From: Terriglobia bacterium | GTDB taxonomy: Bacteria; Acidobacteriota; Terriglobia; JAIQFV01 | DNA length: 64,000 nt | Assembly (NCBI GenBank): GCA_020072965.1 | Contig: JAIQFY010000022.1 | Coordinates: 10,891-74,890 of the forward strand | Direction of reading: 5' to 3' | Shown: piece after piece, positions 1 to 9,799 of the stretch | How the letters are laid out: every line of letters begins with the position of its first letter | Position numbering within the stretch: the stretch's first letter is position 1 | The notes under the pieces: model-generated | What the model was told of the DNA's origin: nothing | The model's database searches: none | Seen by the model: only the letters and a program-made list of their open reading frames with translations | Program-made: the position numbers and the translations under genes

Positions 1-609
1 TCCGCTGAGCGGGACCCAGAGGGCATATTCGATCCGATATTTATCGGGAACCAGGAAGGTGGCGGGGAGCACCCCTACGACGGTATAACTTTTGCCGTCC
101 AAAGTCAGTCCCTTGCCGACGACGGAAGTGTCGCCGCCAAAACGGCGTTCCCACAGACCGTGGCTCAAAATCGCTACCAGAGGACTGCCAGCGCGGTCGT
201 CGTCGGGAAGGAACAACCTTCCGACAGCAGGCTGAACACCTAAGAGCGTGAAAAACGATGCACTCGCCGCGCCGCAAGTAACTCGCTCTGCTTCAGCCCC
301 TCCGGTTAGATTCATCCAAGAATACATATAGGCAGCAATGGTCTTCAGGGTCCGAGATTGATTCCTCCAATCCACAAAGTCACTGTAGCCCACGAAGGAA
401 GTAATACCGACTTTGGGCCCTCGATTCTCCTTGATATACACCAACTCGGCGGAGTGGGCAAAAGGCAAAGGACGGAGAAGTACCCCACTACAAACTGCAT
501 AAATGGCTGCAGTTGCGCCGATCCCCAACGCGAAGGTAATGACTGCCACCGCTGTAAGGCTCCGATTTCTCGCCAGTATTCGTAGTCCAATCTTCACGTC
601 CTGAAACAT
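1..609 (-). CDS. ABC transporter permease, MacB/FtsX-like (ADOP-type), N-terminal part; runs off the window edge
   Basis: Not in the ORF track (no stop inside the window). Manual translation from ATG 609: MFQDVKIGLRILARNRSLTAVAVITFALGIGATAAIYAV...LLRPLPF...FVDWRNQSRTL...SFFTLLGVQPAVGRLF...VAILSHGLWERRFGGD...YTVVGVLP. This is the characteristic N-terminus of acidobacterial duplicated orphan permeases. Confidence 0.88.
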   Translation of the reverse strand, partial: MFQDVKIGLRILARNRSLTAVAVITFALGIGATAAIYAVCSGVLLRPLPFAHSAELVYIKENRGPKVGITSFVGYSDFVDWRNQSRTLKTIAAYMYSWMNLTGGAEAERVTCGAASASFFTLLGVQPAVGRLFLPDDDRAGSPLVAILSHGLWERRFGGDTSVVGKGLTLDGKSYTVVGVLPATFLVPDKYRIEYALWVPLSG

Positions 610-719
610 TGTACTTATGTCCCTAATCTCGGACTCATCGAGTTCTTAATGGATTAGACCTGAGAATAAAAATCCTCGTTGCTCCTGACTCATCTGTCAA
701 TTGTTATCTTCGCTCAATA

Positions 720-1738
720 CTATAGGGTCAGATCCCGACTTCTAGACAATTCAAGCTGTGCCAACGCGAGCAGTTTGCCGAGCAGGGGGTCCTTCTTTAG
801 CCGAACTTCGAAGCGATGGATGGCCTTCGTGAGGGACCGTTCATTGATCAGGCCTGCCCGCTCTCCAAGATCTTTCAAGACCAGCCCACAATGATGTCGG
901 GCAAGATAAAGAACCATATCACGTCCCTAGTCACCATGGCGATTGCGGAATTGCTCCCAAGGCTCCTCTTTCAAGTGCTCCACGACTCCGACTACGGTAG
1001 CAAACTCCGGCCTTCGTTTCAATTGGTAGAGACTCGGCTGCTCGTGTTCGTCGCCATGGACCTTGCGTGAAAGGCCTTGCAGAAAGGCCTCGTCTCCCAG
1101 TACAACCTGTGCCTGCAACTCGGTCCACGGGAGTTGATCTAGCCCTTCCCGGGCGGCGACTTCCACATAATCCCGATACGCCTCTTGCCGCGCTCCTTCC
1201 GGTCCACCCATCCAGCCCAGGACGGTCTCTGTGGTCAACCAGGCGGGTGCGGGCTCCAGTCCAATGTAGGCGCGATAGGAACTCCACCGGTAGTGTCTCA
1301 GAAAGTCAACTCGTTCCTTCCATAATTCGGTCGGCAGTTCTCTCGCCAAACCCAATTGATTGCGCCGTCGGCTTAGCTTGTTCAACTCAAATCTTCCTAC
1401 GCGAACGGGATTAAGGTGCACATAGCGACTCAACTCCAGCCCCCACCGTTGCGGTTCCACAATGATCCCCTTGAAGCGTCCCTGCAAGAGGTGGCCCGTT
1501 CGCCCATGTCGCCGATTGAACCAGCCGCTGTAACCGCTGTTTAACCACTGCAGGGCCCGACTGAGGTTGGCCTCCAAGGTCTCCAACAGCCCATGCCAAT
1601 GATTGTCCATCAGCGTGTACGCATGCAGCCGCACGCGATATCGCTCCGTCATTTCGCTGAGCCGGCCAAGAAATTCGCACCGATCCTCGTTATCGCGAAA
1701 AATCAGTTGGCGTTCATTCCCTCTTGAGGTGATGTGAT
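720..1738 (-). pseudogene. REP-associated tyrosine transposase (Y1/HUH, RAYT-like) with C-terminal DnaA-like HTH; 5'-truncated, with an internal stop
   Basis: Frame reads YHITSRGNERQLIFRD...LHAYTLMDNHWHGL...FNRRHGRTGHLLQGRFK...RYVHLNPVR...YRWSSY. ORF 927-1652 and ORF 720-917 share a frame and are separated by HGD-TAG-GRD. No start codon precedes YHITSRG. Confidence 0.8.
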
Positions 1739-1780
1739 AATTGCCAATTGTCCGGATCTGCCCCCCCCCACTCCCAGACC

Positions 1781-1804
1781 GGGCAGACGGGACGTCTGCC
1801 CCAC
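1781..1804 (-). repeat. REP-like palindrome with GTGG tetranucleotide
   Basis: Minus strand GTGG-GGCAGACG-TCC-CGTCTGCC-C, between the comM stop and the RAYT remnant. Confidence 0.6.
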
Positions 1805-1813
1805 GTTAGAAAT

Positions 1814-3346
1814 CTACGCCCAATAATTCCGGTCCAGACTCCGGTATTGAATTGCCTCGCTGATATGGGGGGCCACGATGCGCTCGCACTGTTCCAGGTC
1901 GGCGATGGTGCGCGCGACCTTGAGAATGCGATCGAAGGCGCGGGCACTGAGGCCCATCTTAGTGATGGCGTTTTCAAGAAGCCGATGGCAGGCATCATCG
2001 ATAACGCAATACTTCCGGATCAGCCGGGGAGTCATCTGGGCGTTGGAATAGATCTTCTCACTTCCAAAGCGCTCCTGCTGGATGCGCCGGGTGCCTGCCA
2101 CCCGTTCGCGTATGAAAGTGGAACTCTCTGTGGTTTCCTTGGAAGCGAGGTCCTTGTATTTGACTGCGGGAACATCAATGTGAATGTCGATGCGATCGAG
2201 CAGCGGACCCGACACCCGCGAGATATAGCGCTGAATCTGCGGGGGCGTGCAATTGCACTCCCGCATGGGATCGTTGAAATGCCCACAGGGACAGGGGTTC
2301 ATGGCGGCGGCCAGCATGAAGCGCGCCGGAAAGGTCAGCGACATGGACGCGCGGGAAATCGTCACTTGGCCGTCCTCCATGGGCTGGCGCATGACCTCCA
2401 GGACGTTCCGTTGAAATTCCGGCAATTCATCCAGAAACAACACCCCATGGTGGGCAAGCGAAACCTCGCCGGGATGCGGTATGATTCCGCCGCCGATCAA
2501 ACCGGCGTCCGAGATGGTGTGGTGGGGCGAACGGAAGGGGCGCGTGCCGACCAGTCCATGACAGGGTAGAAGCAGGCCGCTGACACTGTGAATCTTAGTG
2601 GTCTCAATGGCCTCTTCAAAGGTCATTGGTGGGAGGATCGTCGGAATCCGCTTTGCCAACATGGTCTTTCCGGATCCCGGAGGGCCAATCATCAGAATGT
2701 TGTGTCCGCCTGCTGTCGCGACCTCCATGGCCCGCTTGGCATAGTACTGGCCTTTGACGTCTCTGAAATCGACGCTGTACTGGGACGCTTCAGTGAGCAT
2801 CGCTTCCTTATCAATGACGGTCGGCTTGAAGACCGTCGTGGCATTCACGAGGTCAAGCACCCCCGGTAGACTCTTCATGGCGTAGACTTCGATCCCATCC
2901 ACCACCGCAGCCTCGCGGGCATTGGCCTCCGGCAAGACCAGGTATTTGACCTGGGATCCCCTGGCCCGGACCGCAATCGACAAGGCCCCCTTGATCGGCC
3001 GCAGGCCCCCGTCGAGGGAGAGTTCGCCGAGAAAAAGGTACTGGTCGATGTTCTTCTGCTGCAGGATTCCATTCGTGCCGAGGATGCCAATGGCAATAGG
3101 AAGGTCGAAGGCCGATCCTTCCTTTCGCACATCCGCCGGCGCCAGGTTGACGGTGATGTTTTGGAAAGGGAAATCCAGCCCGCAATTCTTGATCGCCGAT
3201 TTGATCCGCTCGCGGCTTTCTTTGACGGCGGGGTCCGGAAGCCCCACCGTGATGTAGTCGCCCTTGCCGGCGGAGATATCAACTTCAACTTCGACCAGGT
3301 ACGCATCAATACCGAATACGGCTGCACTCAGGGTTTTGAATAGCAT
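1814..3346 (-). CDS. comM: YifB/ComM family Mg-chelatase-like AAA+ ATPase
   Basis: [34 protein letters not shown], Walker [68 protein letters not shown]. Confidence 0.95.
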   Translation of the reverse strand: MLFKTLSAAVFGIDAYLVEVEVDISAGKGDYITVGLPDPAVKESRERIKSAIKNCGLDFPFQNITVNLAPADVRKEGSAFDLPIAIGILGTNGILQQKNIDQYLFLGELSLDGGLRPIKGALSIAVRARGSQVKYLVLPEANAREAAVVDGIEVYAMKSLPGVLDLVNATTVFKPTVIDKEAMLTEASQYSVDFRDVKGQYYAKRAMEVATAGGHNILMIGPPGSGKTMLAKRIPTILPPMTFEEAIETTKIHSVSGLLLPCHGLVGTRPFRSPHHTISDAGLIGGGIIPHPGEVSLAHHGVLFLDELPEFQRNVLEVMRQPMEDGQVTISRASMSLTFPARFMLAAAMNPCPCGHFNDPMRECNCTPPQIQRYISRVSGPLLDRIDIHIDVPAVKYKDLASKETTESSTFIRERVAGTRRIQQERFGSEKIYSNAQMTPRLIRKYCVIDDACHRLLENAITKMGLSARAFDRILKVARTIADLEQCERIVAPHISEAIQYRSLDRNYWA

Positions 3347-3464
3347 GGCAGGAATTTTGGCGGGGGAGGGTTAATGGAACGCTGTTATTATCGACGAAAA
3401 GGGGAGGATAGCAAAGGAAAAATGTTACCCCCTGAGGCTTGCCGCATGCCTTGCCTGAAAGGAT

Positions 3465-3494
3465 TTGACGAATTCGAGCGGGTAGGTGTACGTT
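3465..3494 (+). promoter_or_regulatory. Candidate sigma70 promoter for the patatin operon
   Basis: TTGACG-N18-TACGTT. Confidence 0.35.
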
Positions 3495-3783
3495 TAGCGC
3501 CGTTTTCATCGTCACTAATCTCTATCATTATCATTACCATTATCAATGCACGACCGGCTGGTTCGAATCCCGCCGTCATTTAAATCCATGTAAGCGGCGG
3601 GCTCTTCACTCGGGAAGGAGAGCAGTCGATTGGTTTGTCCTTCCGCCTTCCTTATGGGTCCCGAAGATACGAGCGCGTCAGCTGCATAGGTTGTCTTGGC
3701 TCGTGTCCTTAGCTTGTCGGAACGGTATTCCAACTCACAAGGCCAACCCGGTTATTTGTGGCTGGGTCTTCAGGAGAATTGAA

Positions 3784-4914
3784 ATGCCTGATGCAAAAAG
3801 CCCAAGCGGTGCACCTGAACCCAGCTTTGCAGATGCAGTCTTTGAAGGCGGCGGGGTCAAAGGCATTGGACTGGTCGGCGCTCTCTCTTGCTGCGAGACG
3901 GAAAGAGGCTATTCATGGAAAAACGTCGCAGGAACTTCAGCCGGCGCAATTACTGCGGCGCTGGTCGCTGCAGGCTATACGGCGGCCGAAATTAAGGCCG
4001 AGCTGGACCGCTTCATGCGCGAGCCGTCTCCTGATGGGTCCGTGGGCTATGAGCGGTTCAAGGACAAGAGCCTGCTGGACCAGGTCCCGCTGCTGGGGCC
4101 GGTCATGAGCCTCGGCTTCGAAAAGGGAATCTATGAAGGCCAGTTCTTCGAAGAATGGTTGCGTGGACTTCTGGAGAAAAAAAACAAGCGTACCTTCTCT
4201 GATCTGATTAACCCCGACCATGCGCAGGATCCCAAAGACAGCCCCTACCGCTACCGCTTGAGAGTGGTCGCTTCCGATATCTCACGGCGACGAATGCTGG
4301 TGCTCCCACAAGACATCGCCGATTTCGAGGAATACGACGGCGACCCGGATAAGCTGGAGGTCGCGCGGGCCGTCCGGATGTCGATGAGCATCCCTTTCTT
4401 CTTCGAGCCGGTTGAATTGACCTGCCGTGACGACAGGTTTCCACGCACCGAGGAAGAGCAGGCCGAAGAGAACGCCCGGGGCAAGCACATCCCCTTCACT
4501 GCCAGGCAGCGCTGCTGCTTTATCGTTGACGGCGGCGTGCTGAGTAATTTTCCGGTCGACCTGTTTGATGCCCCGCCCGACCGGGTTCCCCGCTGGCCGA
4601 CCTTTGGCTTCAAGCTGGTCGCCCCCAATGACGACCGGCCCAACCGCATCGGGGGACCTCTCACGTTATTCGCGGCCCTCTTTACAACCATGATGGAAGC
4701 GCACGATCAACGCCATATGGACGAAGAAACTGCGGTGCGCACCGTCAAGATCCGCACTGAAAAGGTCAAGACGACGGAATTTGACCTGAAGTCCGCCGAC
4801 AGTGATGCCCTTTACGAAAGGGGGCGCCAAGGCGCGAAGGAGTTTTTTGAATGTTGGGACTCGATAGGCGGCTTCGCGGGATACGTGGCGAAGTATCGAC
4901 AGCCGACTTCTTAG
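3784..4914 (+). CDS. Patatin-like phospholipase
   Basis: Oxyanion loop VFEGGGVKG, nucleophile GTSAG, SMSIPFFF, catalytic DGG (IVDGGVLSNFP). ATG 3784 follows CAGGAGA; the ORF track starts at 3691. Confidence 0.92.
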   Translation: MPDAKSPSGAPEPSFADAVFEGGGVKGIGLVGALSCCETERGYSWKNVAGTSAGAITAALVAAGYTAAEIKAELDRFMREPSPDGSVGYERFKDKSLLDQVPLLGPVMSLGFEKGIYEGQFFEEWLRGLLEKKNKRTFSDLINPDHAQDPKDSPYRYRLRVVASDISRRRMLVLPQDIADFEEYDGDPDKLEVARAVRMSMSIPFFFEPVELTCRDDRFPRTEEEQAEENARGKHIPFTARQRCCFIVDGGVLSNFPVDLFDAPPDRVPRWPTFGFKLVAPNDDRPNRIGGPLTLFAALFTTMMEAHDQRHMDEETAVRTVKIRTEKVKTTEFDLKSADSDALYERGRQGAKEFFECWDSIGGFAGYVAKYRQPTS

Positions 4915-5070
4915 TCGGCGTCTCTCCGCCGTTCAGAGAGGGGCGTCCTTTCTTCTGGCTTTTGTCTTCCGACGTCCGGCTTTGGCACGATGCTCGCCAA
5001 AGGTTGAATTGAAACCTAGTCGACCTAAGAAATTTGAATCCAGGTCTCGAGTTTCTACTCTCCCCGCGAA

Positions 5071-8000
5071 TTGACTGGAAGAGGAACCGCATTGAGCTCT
5101 TCAAATTTGTATTCTTCAAACCTCATTAACTTCGAAAGAAACGGGAAGTTCCTTGGCCCCTATTCTGCTGTCGGTGTGGAAATTGTCCCGCCGGCCGCAG
5201 ACCTGGAGGTCGTGAACGCTTTGGCTTCAAACTCGCCGTTTCCTCAAAGAACAATCGAGCTGGGACATGGGTCAATCAGAGCCAGTGCGGGCCGGGATAT
5301 TCTCTTTGGAAACGGAACCTCCACAGTCAGCTTCAATGGGAGCACGAGTGCATTCGCTCAACTGGGCGTGTACTTCGATCCGGACACAATGCTTGCAGCT
5401 CTCGAGCTCAACGATAATATCGCGCCCGGAATGAAGCTGGAGAAAAACCCCAACGTCCTGTATTCCGTCCTGCGGTGGGGATATGACGTCAAAGCCTCCG
5501 CCCGTGGCTCTATCGCGATGGGGGCTCCCGGCGGGATTACATTTGGCGCAGATGGCGCCAAGGAGGGTCTCTATGCCGTCATTCGACGATTAGAAAAGAA
5601 TACCGGGGCGCTAACGACGGTGGGGGACACGCTCAATAGCTGGATGATGCCGTCTCAAATTCGCTCGATTGATGACCTCCAGCCCGGCACGTGGCTCATC
5701 GCCGATATCGAGGGTTCGATTGCCCTCCATTTGGGAGCACAGTTCGGTTACGACTTCAATTGGGTGCAGCAAGCGCAGTTAGGCGGACTCAAAGGTGACA
5801 TCGGTCTGCGACTTCAGTTGGGGGTTTCTGCGGCGCTGGGATTTGAGGCCAGCGGGCAATATGTTCTTGTCGTCGGTCGCGATCTTGCTGACGACCAGGA
5901 CAAGCACCTCCGGCTGAGATTGTTCAAACAGCGCAAGAAGGGATGGAGTTTTGCTTTCAACGCCGATGTCTCGGTTCAAGGAGTGAGTTTCTTGCCCGCA
6001 AACATGGAGGGCTTCATCCGGGCTGTCTTAGGGGTGCACGGCGCTCAGATTGTCAAGGAGCTTAATGTTCTCAGAAAGTGGACGGACCCGAAGCTCGGTC
6101 CCTCCGAAGGCCTGGCCGGCGTGAGCGTGGACTATGGTTTGAACCTCCTCCATGAAGTAACCGGGATTGATCCCCTTAACCTGTTCGAAGAAGCGAAGAA
6201 GAAACTGCTGGGCTTCCTCGACCTGTGGGACAGCCTGCCGCATGGCGTGGCCACTCTTCTGGCAAGCCTCGTTGAGGTGGACCCCACACACACCCAGGAT
6301 CGTTTGATCGCGGTTCGAGATGTTGCGAGGATGATTGCCGGAGGCCAGCAGGACGGCATTGCAGGGTTCATTCAAACGCTCCTTAGGGACGTCGATTTCT
6401 TTCAAATTCCGGTGGGACGGTGGCTGGAATCTGCCGCGGGAGGGGTGGTCCTGAAGGCAATCTCCGGAACCCGCGAGTTCGAGGAGCTGCAACAGATTGC
6501 CCGGATGACCCGCGATATCCTTGCAGACGATTACATCGAGAAGGCGGTCCTCGTGAAGCTCAGCCAGTTCATCGATGCGCATCTGAACCTCAAACAGATT
6601 GAAAACGTCTCAGACCCCGCGGGTTTCGATCACCTCGATGAATGGCTCAAATCCAGATTGTCTGGATTTCTCAATGAGTCCCTGGACCTTGCCAAGCTGG
6701 ATGAGATTCGAAAGACAATCCATCTGATCCTTGACAAGAGTCAGGAATTCCTTGACGCGAGCCTGAAGGCGCTCAAGCGGAGATACGGGATTCAGTTCAA
6801 TGCGACCTTCCAATCGTCGACGTCCCACACAGCGTTGCTCGACATTGTCTTTGACTTTGGCGTGACGGGGGCGTTGGATTCCTTCAAGCAGACCCTTTCA
6901 GGGAATTTTGACACACTCCTCATCGAGCGGCGGCCCGGGATCTCCCTTAACGGGGCGACCCTGACACACCAAATCGAACGTAACACGCATGTTGAAATCA
7001 ACTTCCCCTTTTACGACTGCTCGCTGGATCACATCAACAAGGCCCTGGCCAGGGTCAATGCGATGGACGCCGAGGAGGGCCGCCTCCTCCTCTATGAGTT
7101 GGACGCCGATGATCTCGTGACTTCAAAGAACAAGAGAAACAGCCGGCTGGCCGTGGGCGGATACTTGAAGGTCAGCAACAACCAGGTTCGGGTCCACTCG
7201 ACAACACCCTTGAGTTACTCCTATTCGTTCCGGCAAGTGAAAAAGGACATGAGGCGAGCAGCGCTCTTGTTTCAGCTCAAACCGTATGTCGCCTCGTATT
7301 TTCCGGGTGTTTTCACGGCCGGTGAAGGCGCCGGGAGCGATTCATTTCTGATGTGGATTGACGCCCTGGACAAAACGGTCGATCAGGCCGAGAAACGAGG
7401 GGTCGATGCCTTTGGAAACACCCTCATCTCGCTCGAAGTGAGTGTGCCAGGCGTTGTCGCCTCGGCATGGATGAAGGCATCGCCTGACAAGAACTCTCCT
7501 CAATACCACGACGTCTCGCTGCGCCTCCAATCAAAGATAAAACAACTGATTCCGTTCTATTACTTTCAAAACCTCGAGAACTACAGAAACATCGAACCTG
7601 CGAGCGTGCTGCTGGTTTATGCCGCAATGCCCTCGTGGACGCCACCCAACGATGTCTATTGGGATTATCAGGATGGGGAGCAGAGAAAGAAGATGGCCGG
7701 GTCTCAACAAACCACTCAGAATCTCAGAACGCTCTTACAGGGCGTCTTTGACCTCCTGGCCGACACGCCCGGAATGGGAGGGACTGCCGACTTCTTCAAA
7801 CCCGACCAGGCCCCGCGGTTACAGAAGGATGCCCTGGAAGGGATGAACGATGTTCTTCTCAAAAACTTGTTGACGGTTGAGGCCAGCGTTGTCCGGGGAG
7901 CGCGGGACGCCGGTGTTGCCCTCGCAAGATTTTTGCAAGAGGCAGGAACTCGCCCCTCGGACGCTGTCGCCACGCTCTCAGATTTCGGTTCAAAGATCAC

Positions 8001-8244
8001 AGAGACGTTTAACAGTAAGATCAAGAGCGACTTCGGGGGCGAGGCCATCCGCCCTTTGGGCTCAATGGCCTTTCTTGAAGCGGCCTCGGTTTTCGATCCT
8101 GCTGCGGCGCCACCAAAAGCCATACTGGATTTGATTGTCATGAAGCAACAATCAAAGTTTAATTTGCCGGACTTTCTCACAGGAACGGAACCGCCCAAGG
8201 GAGAAGTGATCCTCCAGCAACGCCTGCTCAGCTCGAACGGGTGA
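5071..8244 (+). CDS. Large hypothetical protein (~1050 aa), beta-rich/helical/beta-rich, no signal peptide
   Basis: Long open frame co-oriented between the patatin and membrane-protein genes. The start may be TTG 5092 after GAGGAA. No catalytic motif recognised. Confidence 0.8.
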   Translation: MTGRGTALSSSNLYSSNLINFERNGKFLGPYSAVGVEIVPPAADLEVVNALASNSPFPQRTIELGHGSIRASAGRDILFGNGTSTVSFNGSTSAFAQLGVYFDPDTMLAALELNDNIAPGMKLEKNPNVLYSVLRWGYDVKASARGSIAMGAPGGITFGADGAKEGLYAVIRRLEKNTGALTTVGDTLNSWMMPSQIRSIDDLQPGTWLIADIEGSIALHLGAQFGYDFNWVQQAQLGGLKGDIGLRLQLGVSAALGFEASGQYVLVVGRDLADDQDKHLRLRLFKQRKKGWSFAFNADVSVQGVSFLPANMEGFIRAVLGVHGAQIVKELNVLRKWTDPKLGPSEGLAGVSVDYGLNLLHEVTGIDPLNLFEEAKKKLLGFLDLWDSLPHGVATLLASLVEVDPTHTQDRLIAVRDVARMIAGGQQDGIAGFIQTLLRDVDFFQIPVGRWLESAAGGVVLKAISGTREFEELQQIARMTRDILADDYIEKAVLVKLSQFIDAHLNLKQIENVSDPAGFDHLDEWLKSRLSGFLNESLDLAKLDEIRKTIHLILDKSQEFLDASLKALKRRYGIQFNATFQSSTSHTALLDIVFDFGVTGALDSFKQTLSGNFDTLLIERRPGISLNGATLTHQIERNTHVEINFPFYDCSLDHINKALARVNAMDAEEGRLLLYELDADDLVTSKNKRNSRLAVGGYLKVSNNQVRVHSTTPLSYSYSFRQVKKDMRRAALLFQLKPYVASYFPGVFTAGEGAGSDSFLMWIDALDKTVDQAEKRGVDAFGNTLISLEVSVPGVVASAWMKASPDKNSPQYHDVSLRLQSKIKQLIPFYYFQNLENYRNIEPASVLLVYAAMPSWTPPNDVYWDYQDGEQRKKMAGSQQTTQNLRTLLQGVFDLLADTPGMGGTADFFKPDQAPRLQKDALEGMNDVLLKNLLTVEASVVRGARDAGVALARFLQEAGTRPSDAVATLSDFGSKITETFNSKIKSDFGGEAIRPLGSMAFLEAASVFDPAAAPPKAILDLIVMKQQSKFNLPDFLTGTEPPKGEVILQQRLLSSNG

Positions 8245-8323
8245 AGGATGGTAGAGGGCAGTATGCTCCCGGGTACTTACCGCACAAGGATTATTTCAGT
8301 GAAGGAAATTGTGAGGACTCGTC

Positions 8324-9577
8324 ATGCTTCAGCATCTTGATACGTTTATTGCCTTCGCGGTAGTCATGGTAGGCGTCAGCCTCCTGATTACCATATTGAC
8401 CCAAATGACTTCGGCATTCTTCGGGGTTCGTGGAACCAACCTGAAGTGGGGGATTGAAGAATTGCTCCGGACGATCGATCCGAACCTCGATAAGCACGCC
8501 GGAGAGATCGCGAATAAAATCCTGCAGCATCCTTCAATTTCAGACTCCACATTTTCGAAGTATGAGAAAAGGTTGCCTTGGCTGGCATGGCTGACTCAGA
8601 AGATCGGTTCGATCGGGCGGCTGGTCTCCCAGTGGAGGCTGGCCTCAACGATACGCCCGGAAGAGTTTCTATTTTCATTGCGAACACTGGCGCATGCCCC
8701 TCTCCAAAAGCGTGAATCAGCCGATTGGCAGCGACAGCTTGAGGAAGCACTCACAGAGAGTGATGCCAACGCCGAGGCCCGGTTCCACCTGGTTACGCGA
8801 AAGATACAGGACCTTTCCCCCGAGGTGATCAAGAATCTTGATACGCTTTTTCCACAATTGGCCGTGAGTGCCCAAAAAGCCATCGGAGATATCGAGCAAG
8901 GATTCGACTCCACCATGGACCGAGTGTCGCAGCGTTTTGCGATGCAGATGCGGATCTGGACGGTGGTTTTTTCCTTCTTACTCGCCTTTGTTTTGCACCT
9001 GGACGCCTTCCGGCTATCGACGCAGTTGTCGTCCGATGCTACCGTGCGAGCCAGCCTCGTGGCGGCCGCCGAAACCATATCCAGGCAAGCGGGCGATGTG
9101 CTGGGTAAGACTTCCTCGTCGCCGTTTGTCGAAGCCATGAAGCAACTAAAGATCCAGGACCCGCTCGCCAATCAATTGCTCGCCTTTCCACCGGTTCTTG
9201 AAAGCAACGAGGAAGCCGAGACATGGATCAGGGAACAGGTGAAGGACAGTGACCAGGCCGAAAAACTCGTTAAGGCGTTCCGCAATGTGCTCCAGGCCAC
9301 CTTGCGAACCCGCATGGACTCACTGAAGGTGCAGGTGAACTCCCTCAAAGACGAATTGAACAAGACCGAGTTTCAGTTAGTTCCTGATCCTTACCCGGGA
9401 TGGGATTTTCTGCCTTATCATCCCCAGTGGAAGCGGCACCTGGCGGGCATCCTCTGTGCAGCCGCCCTGCTGAGCCTGGGTGCACCGTTTTGGTTCAACA
9501 TATTGAAGACCCTTACGAACTTACGGCCGCTGCTCGCTACAAAACAACAAAAAGAGCGCGAGCAGAGCTCAGGATGA
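8324..9577 (+). CDS. Conserved hypothetical membrane protein with a C-terminal SLGAPFWF motif
   Basis: Hydrophobic segments FIAFAVVMVGVSLLITIL, IWTVVFSFLLAFVLHL and LAGILCAAALLSLGAPFWFNIL, separated by helical soluble regions. RBS GAGGA upstream. Confidence 0.8.
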   Translation: MLQHLDTFIAFAVVMVGVSLLITILTQMTSAFFGVRGTNLKWGIEELLRTIDPNLDKHAGEIANKILQHPSISDSTFSKYEKRLPWLAWLTQKIGSIGRLVSQWRLASTIRPEEFLFSLRTLAHAPLQKRESADWQRQLEEALTESDANAEARFHLVTRKIQDLSPEVIKNLDTLFPQLAVSAQKAIGDIEQGFDSTMDRVSQRFAMQMRIWTVVFSFLLAFVLHLDAFRLSTQLSSDATVRASLVAAAETISRQAGDVLGKTSSSPFVEAMKQLKIQDPLANQLLAFPPVLESNEEAETWIREQVKDSDQAEKLVKAFRNVLQATLRTRMDSLKVQVNSLKDELNKTEFQLVPDPYPGWDFLPYHPQWKRHLAGILCAAALLSLGAPFWFNILKTLTNLRPLLATKQQKEREQSSG

Positions 9578-9799
9578 GACGGAGACTAGAAGACGGGACA
9601 AGGATTGGAGTCAAAAGGGTGGAGGTACGAGAAAAGGTAGAAACGGAAAGGATCCAATCGCAGGGTCAATACGCCACCGAGTCGGGCGCTGGGAGTGCAA
9701 AGCATGACGAACCAGAAGCTGCAAGGAATAAGCCATTCCTCTACTCGCCGGCCCAGCGCCTCCGCGGTTGGTTTGGTTTAACCACTGGCAACGAACAGG

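Noticed and set aside
3556-3578. GGTTCGAATCCC as a complete tRNA gene
   Set aside because: No D-arm, anticodon arm, acceptor stem or CCA can be built; kept only as a fragment hypothesis.
3784-9577. CBASS (CapV) assignment
   Set aside because: No CD-NTase or Cap2/Cap3 motifs are recognisable in the neighbouring genes.
9578-9799. ORF 9400-9810 and inverted repeat GGCGCTGGG/CCCAGCGCC
   Set aside because: The ORF overlaps real genes and has no motif; the 9-bp repeat with a long loop is too weak to call.
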